From NCBI GenBank assembly GCA_001643675.2, contig LSRY02000021.1, positions 1,302,001 through 1,366,000 of the forward strand: a DNA stretch of 64,000 bases, given 5' to 3'. Below, piece by piece: positions 21,901 through 30,968 of this stretch. A model generated the notes under the pieces. That model did no database searches, was not told the DNA's origin, and saw nothing but the letters and a program-made list of their open reading frames with translations. How positions within the stretch are numbered: position 1 is the stretch's first letter; each line of letters begins with the position of its first letter. This DNA comes from Monocercomonoides exilis PA203. Lineage: Eukaryota; Protista; Preaxostyla. Both the position numbers and the translations under genes were made by a program.

Positions 21901-24463
21901 TCGAGCTGAGCCTGGCGAGGAAATTGCAAGTGTCTGCTTTTCTTCACCATCAACAGGCGAGTTCTGGTACGAGTTGCGACTCCGTTGCGAAGATGTGGAA
22001 CCTGAAGTACTGCCAGAGATGGTGTGCGAGCTGGGAACCAACGCGATTCAGACTGTTGAAATCGAGAATCCACTACCAATCACCATCCATCTACAGTGTC
22101 AGTCGTCAAATCCATCGATCTTCACCATATCGCCTGTCTCAATTTCATCTGCAGGTCTGAGAGGAAATGCACCCCGCACGCTGACTGAGTCTCTGAAGCA
22201 GGCAGGAATAGTTCCATTGTCTGTCACACAAACAGCCAAAGGCACAACTCTTATGACGACACGCGGTGCAGATGCGATGTCGCTGGGAATGGCTGTCAGT
22301 ACCATCGGCGTCGATCCATACGGCAAAGCACAAGCATTGGTGAAGTACCTGCCGTCCGCTGTGGATCGCGTAGAGACTGCGACACTGTCACTTGTGTCAG
22401 AAGATGCAGGCACCTGGACATTCAAGGCATCTGGAAAAGCGACAAAGCCAACAGTTCTACCTCCAATACAGATTGTTTCACTGGTGCAGGAGAGTTCGTC
22501 AAACATTGTGTCGTTTTCGAATCCGTTTGCATATCCGCTTCTGTGCGATATCCTTTTGGAAAATGACCCCATCCCATACGATCCATTACAGCCACTTTCT
22601 TACACACACTACATTTCATCAACCGGAACTGCTCCAAAATCTACCACATCATTTTCTTCGTCAACATCACCTTCTTCTTCTGATCCTTCCAGAACACCTT
22701 CATCGTTCACTTCAACTCCTACTGGCTTCGTTGCACAGACACCCATTTCATCGTCTTCTTCTTCCACTTCATTGCACTCACAGTTCAGATCTTCGCTTTC
22801 CCGATCTTCAGCTTCTTCCACTCCCAACCGCATTTCGACTGCATCATTTTCACCACAGCGACATGGTGCTGTCGCATCATCAGCTTCGTCTTCTGTTTCC
22901 TCTTCTTTGGCAGATCTTCCCGAAGCTATTGATCCGCGTTCTGCCAATCCTTCAACGTCAACTGCACCGAAAATGCCCAACAAGCTATTTTCAATCCTAC
23001 TCAAAAATCTTTCACATGTTCGTGTTGAAGGAAGAGATACGCTCCAAATACCCGTTCTGTTCTCGCCCAACGTGCTCACGACAACATACTGCCGTATCTT
23101 CATTCGTGCATATGCTGACAAAGCACATCCATACAGCGAAAAATCACCCTTCACACCTGCTTCACCGCTGACGTGGACACAGCCAATTATTGGCATTTCA
23201 GAGAATTACTTCCCACGCCTGCCAATTGTTGCACTGAGGCCATCAACCTCTGACGATCCCTCTGCACTCCGCCAATTGCAAGCAGACCGCTTTGAATCGA
23301 CGATGGGATCGCGCAAGACAGCACAGATGATGGCTGCACAGGGAGTGCAAGACAGCTTTGTTGCTGCTATCAGCACAATCACAGGAACGCCTGCATTCAA
23401 AGAATTCACGCTGCCACTTTCTGGACTGAATATTACAAAGCGGGTGGTGGACGAGTTTATCAGGCTGTGCGTGGCAAACAACTTGATTGAGCTTCCTGAG
23501 ATGTATCTGAGGAGACAGGAAATGAATGGGCTGATGGCTATTCATTCAGCAGGATCTGAACAAGATGTCTCCAAATACGTCTCTGCTGCCTCAGAGCTCT
23601 CCGCATCGCCTTCATCTAGTCGGTTGGGAAGCAGACAGGGCTCTCGTAACATGCTGTCTGCTGGGTACTCTTCGCAGGCAGGAACACCATTTTCTGCCAC
23701 AAATCGAAGTGCTCGCTATTTCGGAGGTGCTGACAAGCGAAGTGAAGGACTCACGCAGCTTGCGCTGCCAACAGTGTCAGAAGGGATGGAGACAGACACA
23801 CCTCCGTCAGATGAAGAATGGAACACATTCTATCAAATACTATGCGAAGTGATAGATGTCAGCATTGAATGCGATGATGAACGAATTCAGTCCGCATTGA
23901 CCGTCCCATTGGCTCCCTCTTCTCCTTTGGATTCATCTCCCAATCCAGAAATATTTACTCGCGATCCAACAAATATTTTTGTGTCTCTTCCGATTGATTT
24001 TAATCCATCAGAAACAATTCCTCGCACCCGCGCGAGCATCGTGCTTACAAGACTACCTATTGCAGGAGGAGGACGCTGGCGTTATTCGCTGACATTGGCA
24101 TCGACACAACCACCCGATGTGGTTGAGCAAGGCCCGCTGCTGACAGCGCTTGTTGGACAGCAGTCTGTTGGAGTGATAGAAGTGTTTAGCCCACAGCACA
24201 AGAATTGCCCATTCCATGCAACTTTCAAGTCTGGTCTGATTGCTGAATTTGCGCTGGGGCAAAGAGATGGAGAGTTTGATGATGAAGGAAGATTGCGCCT
24301 TCGTGTCTCATTCCATCCAACACGATATGCGGGAACGCGAACTGCCATTATCTCGTTGACATCCGAATCAAAGCAATGGCTCTTCTCAGTGAAAGGAGAG
24401 TTGCCCCCTTACGAAGCTCCTACTGGCAGTTCGAAGGTTAATTCTTTCAGAACTGGCAAGTAG
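9956..24463 (+). CDS. CFAP47: Cilia- and flagella-associated protein 47-like (tandem ASH/Ig-like domains plus a calponin-homology domain), 4835 aa
   Basis: Uninterrupted ORF with many ASH/PapD-like repeats (IDFG.V, P..G.L..G). CH domain LLLRWISYH...VTNYSSDLSDGVALLTLIKAHAP...HPDPRSLFLFIYSLYQTLP, followed by C-terminal Ig-like repeats (GEFWYELRL, DAGTWTFKASG). This is CFAP47 architecture. Confidence 0.85.
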   Translation: MKTVFDVSPKEVWFNDFENGETYTKQIVVHNSSLQTRQLRVLKPHHNEFQLKNVNQNISIAPGLSYSFQITFCTFDDLIFDDELVLHSESIFRSNEKDQWTFRLPLHARLPSPDIRWDPIIDFGSVSSGSIPSGYLRIWNAGTRQGSFRFIIPPDSPIRILPLGGTLSPIDEEGQMILAMGDFENSTFQTTQGSTMYLTESQTTSQSDLFSTIETKTQKRRGELTEFTHSASATATGTSSFSQSSVLRARVEFNAQKTGEFHCEIEVEAETKMEEKLLYIKGTVVQQRVKLALRTSPACPLTQLNFGSLFYGENKTVEAILSNTGPQKCSFALSQHSKELQLLVYSINNTEIDGTSFAGSITKSTTTNVNSSTSPQIPEFGKSKSRGNTRASARDEKSKDRSLNLDRSSSDGMRQELSHVADNDEDPFLSGMPPPMKRITPRDSTEGPSPFTELISNRSNCKHIAVTPTIGSIPPFGSVTLSFAFNPPPLSLTRDIFPGQHIEGESVNLMMTMDVAETGQKMYVSLNGTVTQPLVVLDKETIDFGDCFLNDRADVLLRIRNDTENLPVSFAFGKIAFVSAKPAEGKLKSGETAVVRVTFSPAQLGFLSSKLPIKLCGGVKTIYVSCTGHTITPIPATISLSSTPVPGAMTKNFSSPGSSRLLTPSVASRGLSPSYSSHPRSSSTGASSSPAHSLFSGGSPFAKNKTQVAKSVAESKPSTATLLRRQMRSASVAATGGVTVATPGDFQHKRTFAAGTLRSFNEFQDSPNFVDSDNALSSLLFGENKGKRRKDSEDEDGQGPNPFALKRRPATSASTFRSQSSHHLGRLGNDRDGEQRFGLTNRTGRFSSATLHSSHSVQGIRGLSPAERRIKYFQLLQEKRSMSAQRSASQPSEMKTNEMQTKTRDFTDKAETDEANKEHYTQFIRTKHMERTMQQAKRSDGALIVKKDGLPTIVRLKGIRSKRSDEGNLDMTGSMNMEFGYGNGDEGTGDERDVVRTGYDAFNDSDLGLATDLLDSEASVPLLSECVRPERVFQLSQPGTGGAAGGRNGGQQGMLKPKVRAQLSDVLKIIKHKYKAEPTTAIEFKEIRSQLSASDIALLSIGTRMIDFGRVCVYSRTVRSLNIANDLPSNVRVGLAITNPELRLSAPHSQIVPPGAMAGFDIVFLSDVPQSFSAQILVQCNEANVFNVAVKADVIPISLELSSNEVQLAFNSSNLCRSCGETILINNPGNHPADFEWERDVSLPCIEEGLYTDGGMFVEGEGIDTTALVPVDLTKQQLLMFGSRNREMESIVEIEQSTISTWAAMGKSRVDLTSDSQDGKIMNESKVSEAKMTTEQQAEELEPMQHTLRADNFFITPQRGTVPAFGSVAVHITFDPTSLPAPPPSSMQTSSASASSSSSSSHQSHLQTALFTMHVDGGADRNLRVFGEVAEGKAEFVEKSIDLGQFAVGTEAVRHVTLKCIGKQDAVFFVENTKKKKAEKEQNETDEAAEPDKIEGEKEEEKGEITVTPEMGVISAGSQQMLTVRVCSHRAQKIAETVTLSIRGGAEALLKVAAEAVEPLVEIVEQNTDFGEVVVGNNRKRRITLANSGNIAAVLFCDLSNKPEFTLSQISNASQRLPTPATPTASASITQTPRMRPLSSRSSVTSRTVSSPFASQFNQPIPLGAQATTRTPLPPDQSSIYKPNNKQTAFSHDQLPGNRGNLLTAISPSFIPQDVRAAIAARRRKKGEGNGFDDGEDGNADSDKYAFDDDSDDVAEKAQAAHIRTLSVTTTLQNTKDALQRAIQSESERERKRKRKKRRRRRKGSRGSEIEGKEGTGAFGEFSNISDGEDSSTSSQTDRSLFSKSNSEWDEDSSSEEEGNSASYQPLNATSRTMNTQSTQNRPGTALSRLSTSSTGTAAKSASGAAGSASQPSQSSLLSTISSSTTISDVWGKWNGMGAFKSYEVPLQGCEDYLAIHPECSQLPSFSRPVLPNNAPLKGTRIAEPPFALMSQNVQQEMLRMGGSNTHRNSTDDLLLLDPKQTMQHKKRKKRELEMSTIEEVEEEERKEKSSHRGSSGKDGRTTHRSKHGRKHRHHLSGSPSASHHRRNSSKRNFGSAGADSATTLSSRAANSSSSSSPSELITSLEEAQNLTAYRIEIQPQSSLILELIYTAAEIGEHEFSFFFLLSAAQSESATTSLTRAVFARGVPPRLIVTPRVIEFGARVVSTLSKPLHKEVVHLLNCEKTPLHWSVRNEEEIDGVTNVFQINPTEGTLAAGQEEDVVITFHPTELKAYSATLPIHLNDDPIEYCQLELSALGVPPLLIFEPREIVIPPVPLGFTSVARVVIRNVGYESVDVTAQPPADSALLPLRVSFPDGNTLTINKQTLTAEISFVSSKTTSFSTTINFFDSFANSFPLVVHAASDNDILNTTGYLLRTFSLNRIVQDKIDSIPQLKESALCSEQTAHAAGHLGRYGLKQESNEKAKTDESKNGEADEQLLTVTDQTQNRSKSPTTSILSSTSTSSGLPSSSSSSSSSSSSASTSTQQQETSQLNSTSQMTGAMTSSLASSSFTMSSNAPQFCLPAIPSSLPNVLLRFLNSFFLISQIASWPGSIVEQYGIPLFESLEHLYGQEIPGRLTLEKIHAASTSFNPEVLKPHQSISCVISSSSSSYSSTSGFSTFTSTPLSPTASISSAQPSTTSMLSVSIPNPSSSYLPPSFGAISPTSFISSLSRPSTQSSMRGSQKSVYTQMFPIDSSFAQSATKGIQLLQQLTSRTVPHSEYLRKLLSHFDSVLLFLREHGAALPGLKAEYLLSYTDFVRFAADNFSASLFEYPPPDYNKVLFAFQQSEELQQTFQIVSLNAWTFLTFQVLKMFLFSKLNAKKFKQTPGIAFMKEVKEEDEMQSKRSRDSRPTSSIGTKSRISPKTVTVQSSKASGKMGLNAISPSLSGKSATDASNASKDSKITDRSSIKGFKPATKASLNQQENNISSGKAATTQRSTSPGDAGRMRASLIVAQPFDLLVANKTLSRINSSNVYSSAQVLLLRWISYHTLRNAPRRRSFVTNYSSDLSDGVALLTLIKAHAPFLHFHLYESPKNEEERMKNARNVVASVKQLGIQCLVNESDIIHPDPRSLFLFIYSLYQTLPFCVPQTIVDIPACAGVASTQMVTVNNSGHRTITYALRIEGEGKEDFSTDIDSITIEPESSEDIAVTVRPRFSKTTHAVLFLLPKNNTGLQTPPLSFRLKTSVLPPQPIAKYSVAAPLYCTAFTEIKITNPFLSECTLIAKLLRPKEKKTEDNKENPNVRSNISSQAPMNKNVKPTQSRKNTSSSLDGLLGILEGISNDKQNDQKKDVNEQSDSKKLVRKGSHSRNGSASVISSPAALSAFNIVVPPEVNIGSNIDYLPFRIHASQFTLPIGASVALQVRFSPVSLGLQKCQIFFRDDQQGEFTIEIEGIATMPEPAEVVTITSVVDKSTTHDMLVSARNRNFDALRGEVATFDKALFASSPKQGELVPYKVELSSSAFTAPKEINIPFESAPIVEKKKANDRDSSVGGSSLLTSTTTGIVGNIIRLPVTFAPKALGEYRCRLLLRSAWDMRVFELKGIAQAPGIHGSLEMVTAARHPIKQEIPIVNNTITEWFIKAQINPTNGQCGVGYNMVFSGPASIRIPGKSTVCYPLLFNPRKACEATAELVMWNTSLQAASTSSSSSSPSPSVGAEKTVYTIKGISDDPLPEGTLTFDCIARQEIKQAIKVPAITSHLASRYSVICDVSSCSGASTLVAYPVDYSPESAANVLFAGEDDAKIQKDRQRSNSVSARSSPINSPKAQSSSFSEQAFEQPVSYTGFADYELTIFSPHSGIEEGKLLFSTDDGECVWWKVRVECKQPAIEESISVQTIVRQPVSVSISLFNPSEERVTFNVSIYGTNALTGPEEMLLDPFETGSYQLIYAPIEPTLLSAAEKSRSNRRSSTPGTPSQSSREHSNPSSPRTHSPSSHGSSSPSTPRSSVRAEPGEEIASVCFSSPSTGEFWYELRLRCEDVEPEVLPEMVCELGTNAIQTVEIENPLPITIHLQCQSSNPSIFTISPVSISSAGLRGNAPRTLTESLKQAGIVPLSVTQTAKGTTLMTTRGADAMSLGMAVSTIGVDPYGKAQALVKYLPSAVDRVETATLSLVSEDAGTWTFKASGKATKPTVLPPIQIVSLVQESSSNIVSFSNPFAYPLLCDILLENDPIPYDPLQPLSYTHYISSTGTAPKSTTSFSSSTSPSSSDPSRTPSSFTSTPTGFVAQTPISSSSSSTSLHSQFRSSLSRSSASSTPNRISTASFSPQRHGAVASSASSSVSSSLADLPEAIDPRSANPSTSTAPKMPNKLFSILLKNLSHVRVEGRDTLQIPVLFSPNVLTTTYCRIFIRAYADKAHPYSEKSPFTPASPLTWTQPIIGISENYFPRLPIVALRPSTSDDPSALRQLQADRFESTMGSRKTAQMMAAQGVQDSFVAAISTITGTPAFKEFTLPLSGLNITKRVVDEFIRLCVANNLIELPEMYLRRQEMNGLMAIHSAGSEQDVSKYVSAASELSASPSSSRLGSRQGSRNMLSAGYSSQAGTPFSATNRSARYFGGADKRSEGLTQLALPTVSEGMETDTPPSDEEWNTFYQILCEVIDVSIECDDERIQSALTVPLAPSSPLDSSPNPEIFTRDPTNIFVSLPIDFNPSETIPRTRASIVLTRLPIAGGGRWRYSLTLASTQPPDVVEQGPLLTALVGQQSVGVIEVFSPQHKNCPFHATFKSGLIAEFALGQRDGEFDDEGRLRLRVSFHPTRYAGTRTAIISLTSESKQWLFSVKGELPPYEAPTGSSKVNSFRTGK

Positions 24464-24833
24464 ACTTATGAAGTTTTTAATGTGAAAAAAATCATTTTTA
24501 GTTGTGTTTTTCGTTCCGTTTGATAACTTTTGTTCTCTATTGTGATGATGAGATATTCTCTTCTTGTTTTGTTTTCATTTGATTGAAATGTTCAATCATA
24601 TTTTATGTTTTTTTAGAAGCACTTTTGCAAACACTTTTTACAATCCGCAGACAAAAGTGATTTGACACCTTTATGTCTCTTTGTTTTTCATTTTTTTAAA
24701 AAGCAAAATTCCGTTAAACAGTTATTCAACTAAATAAACATATATATTTCAAATAACACAAAAAATATTATAACTTTTCAAAAATCTACAATGTTTTATA
24801 AGACTTACTCTTTTCTTCTTCTTCACTTTCATT

Positions 24834-27800
24834 TTAATTATTATTATCTTTTTTGTTGTTGTCTTCGTCACCATCTTCATCTTCATCTTCATTTTCATCT
24901 TCTTCATCTTCTTCTTCCACAATATCATCCTCCATAGCTTCCAATGGTATTTCTCCACTCGAATCAAAAGTGTACCAAACACCTCCAGATTCTCCTCTCC
25001 TCGGATTCAATTCCAGCTTCGGTCCCATCATAGAAGCTGAGCTGGCATCAGCATTCATATCATATGGATTATTGTTGACGTCTTCACCATCAGCTTCTCC
25101 ATCCATGCCTTCTCCTTTCTCTGCCAGTTTATCCTGCCTCCAACGCTCTGCTTCCTTGTCAAGCTCTTCTTCTTTTTCTTTTAAAAATGTATCAACAATA
25201 CGTTGAGCTGTTCGCGATATCTTTTCAATGGGAGATTGAGTTAGAAGCATCAGATAAAACGAGCCGTTTTCTTGGTCAATCAAATCAATCAGGTCAGCCA
25301 GCCTACTCCTCTTCGCTGCGCTTCCCGATGAAGAAGACTGCTGCTGCTGAAACAGCTCAATTAAGTGCTTGTCTGCCTCTGACAGCTGAGGAGGCGTTTG
25401 AGTTGCCGTCTGTGATCCAAATCCACACTGCAATGCACTTCCACTGCTTGGTGCAGCAGCTTCTCTTTCTCTCTGCCTCATCGCACTTTCTTCCTGCAAT
25501 GTTTGAACAACGTCGCTGAGTGTCAATTCTTCGTTATCGTCTTCATAATACTCATCTGAGTCTTCAAACGGATCTTGTGGATAAGAATAATATTCTTCCT
25601 CTTCATCCTCTTCTTCTTCTTCATCTTCGCCTTCATCTTCATCTTCTGATCCACTGCGATTTTTACCACGCCCTCCTCCGCTTTTTCCCTTTCCTTTGCC
25701 TTTTGATGATTGATCGTTATTTTCAACTTCCACATCCATTCCTCCACTTTCAACAGAAGTGCATGTTCGATTTTTCTTTCTCTTTGCATGTTTCCTTTTG
25801 TCATTTGAAGCCGCCTCTCCTGCATTCAAAGGATCTGTCAGTATCTTCCTCTGCCTGTCCAGCACTCTCAGCAGTCTTTCATTGTCCATCCTCCTTGCTG
25901 CCACCAGCAGCGCCTCGATGCAGCGGAGCGTCTGCTCCACGATCTCCTTGTCGTTGTCTCTGAGCCTGTCGACGATCAATTCCACTGCTCCTTCGCCAAT
26001 CATCCTCCGCGCGCCAATGTTCGGCCCTTCTGCCACATTCGCCATGATGCGCATGGCAAGCCGCGCTTGACCGACGGAGTCTGCTGAAGCAATGGCACAT
26101 ATGCGGAGGAACGTGATGGAAGCCGAAAACAACTTCAGAAACTCGGCAGACGACTCGCAGCTCAGGTTGTGCAGGATCAGCAGAGCGAGCTCCTTGATGG
26201 AGCACACGCAGTTGTACAGCAGCCGGTTGAGTGCCTTTATGCGGTTGTCGTGCATGAAGAAAACGGGGATGCGCTCGTCGTCGCCTTCAGTCGTGCTTTG
26301 AATGAAACGGAGCACAATGTGCATTGAAGAGTGCTCTGGCTCGCTGAAAAAGCAATGTCAGAATAAAATTTTAATACGTTTGTTATTAAAAGTGAATTGA
26401 CGGGCAGGCAAGCAGGTAAGCAGATGGACGAATGGATTACATAAATAGATGAGGCAATTTAAAAAATGACCGGTTGAATAAACGATAATATTCAATAAAG
26501 GAAGATATTAAAACATTTGGTCAATTTTGTATCAGAAAAAAAATAATTCTATAAATATAGCAAACCGATAATTGAAAAACAGCTGGAGAAAGAAAAAGGC
26601 GTCGTAAATCATCTGCTCGTCTACATAATTCAGGTTTTTCCCTTCTTCAAAACAGAGATTGAGCCCTAGAAACGCATCAAGCAACTCGCGAAGTGGCTTC
26701 AGCGGCCCCCTTTCTCGCTGAAAAGAAATAAAGTCTGCAAAGATGCGCACAAGTACTTTTCTCTCTTTTTCACTCATCGTCGCTTTCGCAAGCCGGCCAA
26801 GCGTCCACATGGCCACAATCACAATTGACTGTCTGGTACGGAATGTGCCGTCGGGTCGCAAGAGGGAAATTCTCCGTCGATTGGCGCGTGGATAGTATTC
26901 TTCACTCGGCTGCTTATGAGGATTTTCTGTGGAATCCATGTGAGTTGGACTTTGCATCTGTAAGTGCTGTGCAATAGGTAAGCTTGAATTTGATGTTGAT
27001 GTTTCAATGTATTCGGATGGATTCGAATATGATGATGCTTCATTTGGATGGCATGATTGTTGCAATGGACTATCTTCGTCAATGCATTCAAAATCATAAC
27101 TTCCTAAAAGCTCCCTTGCAATGTGCAAAATAGCACCTTGACCAACAAAAATAGAAGCTGAATGTTGACTCTCTCCAGACATGTTAGCAATGAGCCAAAG
27201 TGCCTGTTCAAACAGATCTGGAAACGGTGAAAGCAGATAATTAATAATTTTTGATTCTATTCCAGCAACGATGATTGGGGTACAAATTGGTGCTGGTGCG
27301 TGTGCAATATTGCACATTATAAAAAGACAAAGTTTTTGCAATTCGACGCTTCGAGAATCCACAAGTAAATTTATCAATTTTGGAACGATTCCTTGATCTA
27401 CCATAGTTTTAATAGGGCTAACTGACTCTAAAATAAAACCGATTGGATTGCATTATGAAAAATCAATTCAATATATCATAACTCAATTCCAAACTTTCAC
27501 ATGACATATTTTTTAAAAAAATTAATGATGGAATTAAAACATCCTCAATTTGAGAATCTAAATTTAGTACGTTCTGTGGTATTTGTTGAAGGCTACGTTG
27601 CTCTTCTTCGGGTAAAGATTCAATTGTATCATTATCAAAAAGTCTTCTCTTTTTTTCGCAAGTTGCTTCTCTATTACGTTCACGTAAGGAAAATATTGAT
27701 GTTCCTTTAAATTTTACATCATCTTTGTGATTGTAATCTTTAAAACAAAGTGGAAAATTTATAAACAACAATATTTAAAAAATACATTCTTATACATCAT

Positions 27801-27877
27801 TAAAAATATAAAACACCTGAGCAAAATCCACGCTGTCTAAGTGAAGAACGAGTGTTACTATCCCATTGAAATGACAT
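24834..27877 (-). CDS. Divergent importin-alpha-like ARM-repeat protein, 4 exons, ~890 aa
   Basis: Exons 27877-27817, 27737-~27495, ~27427-26566 and 26343-24834 join through GT-AG introns (intron 2 boundaries ambiguous). IBB-like LRERNREATCEKKRR, ARM motifs PIKTMVDQGIVPKLINLL, EQALWLIANMSGES and GAVELIVDRL, C-terminal KISRTAQRIVDTF, then an acidic tail. Confidence 0.72.
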
Positions 27878-27990
27878 CACGTATTTATCACGCTCTGATG
27901 CCTTTACGTTTTAATGAGACATATAAAGGGTTATCAAGGTTTTTAATTTATTATAGTTAAAAGATCGTTTTTCTTATTTGGTTTTTGCAG
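27878..27990. promoter_or_regulatory. Putative compact bidirectional promoter
   Basis: Only 113 bp separate the divergent predicted ATGs at 27877 (-) and 27991 (+). Confidence 0.45.
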
Positions 27991-28812
27991 ATGTCTCAGG
28001 CGGTATGTTGATAATGCATTGCCTTTTTTAAATATGCCTTATATCTGTGCTTAATTCTTTATTTATAAAAACTTCAAAGGATCACAGCACATACCTTTCT
28101 GATCATTCTGCAACGAATGAAAAGAAAGTCGCATCGAAAGCAACGATCAGAGATCTTACCATTGAGAATTCTGCACCTGATGAGGGTTTTTTATTTTTCA
28201 GAATTAATAACGTGTTAATTCTTTATTTCAAAATTTGCGAACAATTTTTAATCAGGAACAAAGTTTCATCTTGACGTTCTTGACGAAGATCAGCCTGCTG
28301 TAAGATCAAAAACTGCTCCTGTTTCTAAAAGAAAATATGCCCACACAAAAGCTGTCCAACATCCAGCGATTGTTGAAGTGCAAACAACACCCGGAACTCA
28401 AAAAAAACGATTATTTGACTCATTAACTCCAACGGGATCACATGATTCACGAGCAAAAACTGCGTCAGCTTCTATGCGTCAAACACGCACTTCATCTTCT
28501 TCTCTTACACCCTCATCTTCCATTTCATCTTCTTCCACATCTTCAAGTACTCCAAAAACTTTATCTTCAATCGCAACAAGTGGCTCTGCTACTGGCCCTA
28601 TACCATCTGGTCCAACGTCTACTGCTTCTGTTAAAAAGATTTCGTCATCAGAAAGACAGAAAGCAACATTGGAAGCTTCGTTTGGGCTAAATGTTTCTAG
28701 TTCTTCAAAAACAGAAAAAGAAACAGTTCAAAGTAAAGAATCAGATTCAAAGGATGAAAATGTTGTTGACGAGAATGATTTATTGGGACTTATGGATAGC
28801 TTGAGTGTTTAG
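27991..28812 (+). CDS. Hypothetical Ser/Thr-rich protein, 3 exons, ~224 aa
   Basis: Exons 27991-28002, 28080-28185 and 28256-28812 join in frame through GT-AG introns 28003-28079 and 28186-28255. No recognisable domain. Confidence 0.65.
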
Positions 28813-29532
28813 AATTCGGGAAAAAAGCCTTTTTTCCACAAACCACGTAATTTTTTTATCTTTTCAGACTTATCTTCACAAAAAAGAAAAAAAGAAAGAA
28901 AAGAAAATACAAAAATACAATGACTTTTTGAATTATCACAAATAGAATTATGTCGTATTTGTTCGACGCTTTATTTTTCACCTCATCTTAGTTTTGGTTT
29001 GCTTCAAAATGTTATGATCCATGCACATTCCTAGTGTTTTTTATTTTTAAATATTAAAAATGTAATATTTCTTGTAATTGCTTTTTGAAAATGACATTTC
29101 AAAATGGAGCTAACAAAATTGACTCAATGAAAAGAAAATTGGCGGAAAGTCAACGCAAGAATATCTCTGGAGAAACAAGTTTCTTATTGAATTCCTTTAA
29201 AATGCAATTAATGCTACTCAATGATTTTTAACTAACATATTCCATCTCACAACTGAGAAAGAATCTTACAAGATAAACCTGTGATTTATAACCAAAAATT
29301 ATTTCCTTTTTAGAGATTGAACGGAATTGCTTGAAGCAGTTCATTTCATTCTTTCAGAATTTTAAACATGAATTGTCAAGATTGTGTTATTCAAGAAAAT
29401 GCACACGAATCAGAGATTGCGTGAAGTGTATTTTTATGCTAATTTCCACAATTTGCAATAAAAAAAAAAGAAGCGCTCCAAAATCAAACAGAAAAGAAAA
29501 AAAATTGATAGAAGAAGTGACTCAAATATGTT

Positions 29533-30968
29533 TCAGTCAGAGATTCCTTTCCCTTCACTTGATAAGGCTCCACTACTGTTTTTGAGCCAAACAGCTTGTT
29601 TTGAAGGAACGTCGCTTCTGTTTCCTTCTTCTGTTTGTTGGCCATCTTCTTCATTCGCTTCTTTCCTTTCCTCGTCATTTTGCTTCTCGGCCTCTTTCTC
29701 AATCTCACTTCTGCTCTTCTCTCTATCTCTATCTCTATCTCTGTCCTTTTCCTTGTCTTTGTCTTTATCCCGTTCTCTTTCTCTTTCAATGTCTCTTCTT
29801 ATCAAATCCGGATGAGCAAACTGCCTCGCTTCTTCGGTCTCCTGCGAAGGCTGGCGAAATTGCATCGCTGCCAGCTGCGCTGTTTCTGAGGCGGCAGACG
29901 AAGGCGAAGGGCGCGGCAATGCAGAATTCCAGTTGAGCGTTGATGGCACAGCGGGTGAAGCATTTTTGGAGGGAGAGAAAGAATTGGTTTCAGAAGAAGA
30001 AACAGATGCTGAGGCAGAATCTGAGGAAGACGACGATGAAGAAATGGCAGAGGGAGATAACGATTCACCAATTGTTTTTTGCGTCCCAGTTCTGCTTGTC
30101 TTGATGGACTGCTGGAACCCAAGCTTTGGAAAGTACATTCCAGATTGCTTCAAATACGTGCTCAGGTCTGTATCGTTGATGTGCTCTTGCCGCAACTGCC
30201 TGTCTGCTGGTGGGATGCCCGAAACAAACAGAACCATCACCGAAATAAACAAAGGTGCCAGCACAATCAGCCATTCGGTCTTCATCAACGATCGCGTGCT
30301 CAGCATGAAAATGCCCCACCATTCCAAAAATTCCCCAAAATAATTCGGATGGCGCATCCTTGCCCACAATCCTTTGTCGCAAATTGAACCTGCTGTCTCA
30401 GGGCTGTGATTCCACTTAAACAGTTGGAGGTCTGCAACAAATTCCAATATAAATCCACCTAACCAAAAGACAATTCCAATGGCATCCATCACTCCAAAAG
30501 CAGGCTGAAGTTCGAGTTTTATTGAGTCCACAAGCACAAACGGAAGCACACATGCAAATGACATTAACCCCATTCCCAGAAAAAAACCAATTTTCTTCCA
30601 AGGATTTTCTCTCATCTCATTCAAACGAGAATCAATTTTGTCAACCAAAATTCTTCTTGAAAGATGAAATGTGAGCCTTAATCCCCATATTGTAGAATAA
30701 GCAAAAAGAAGAACCTAAATAAAAATAAAATTTATTGCTTATGCCTTACGAATAAAAAGATTCAAACTTGTCTGAAGTTGAAGTGAGATGAAAGAGTTAA
30801 AACAGTTGTCAGAACAATCAAGGCTGATATTGGAAACATTAAAGTAAATTTCTCAACATCAAAGACAAAAGACAGAAGAAATGAAATGACCATCAACCCT
30901 CCAATAATGATTAGTGACACATATAAATTGCTTTTAAGCAGATTACGAGATAATAAAATTATAACCAT
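29533..30968 (-). CDS. DUF1295 / steroid 5-alpha-reductase-like membrane protein, 2 exons, ~460 aa
   Basis: Intron 30767-30715 joins hydrophobic exon 1 to WGLRL..HLSRRI...DSR, LEFVADLQL and GLWARMRHPNYFGEFLEWWG (the DUF1295 signature). Ser-rich and charged low-complexity C-terminal extension. Confidence 0.85.

Noticed and set aside
10252-24348. Numerous overlapping and antisense ORFs within CFAP47 (likewise within 47536-55389 and 31679-36844)
   Set aside because: Shadow ORFs caused by codon bias and low-complexity repeats, with no domain signal.
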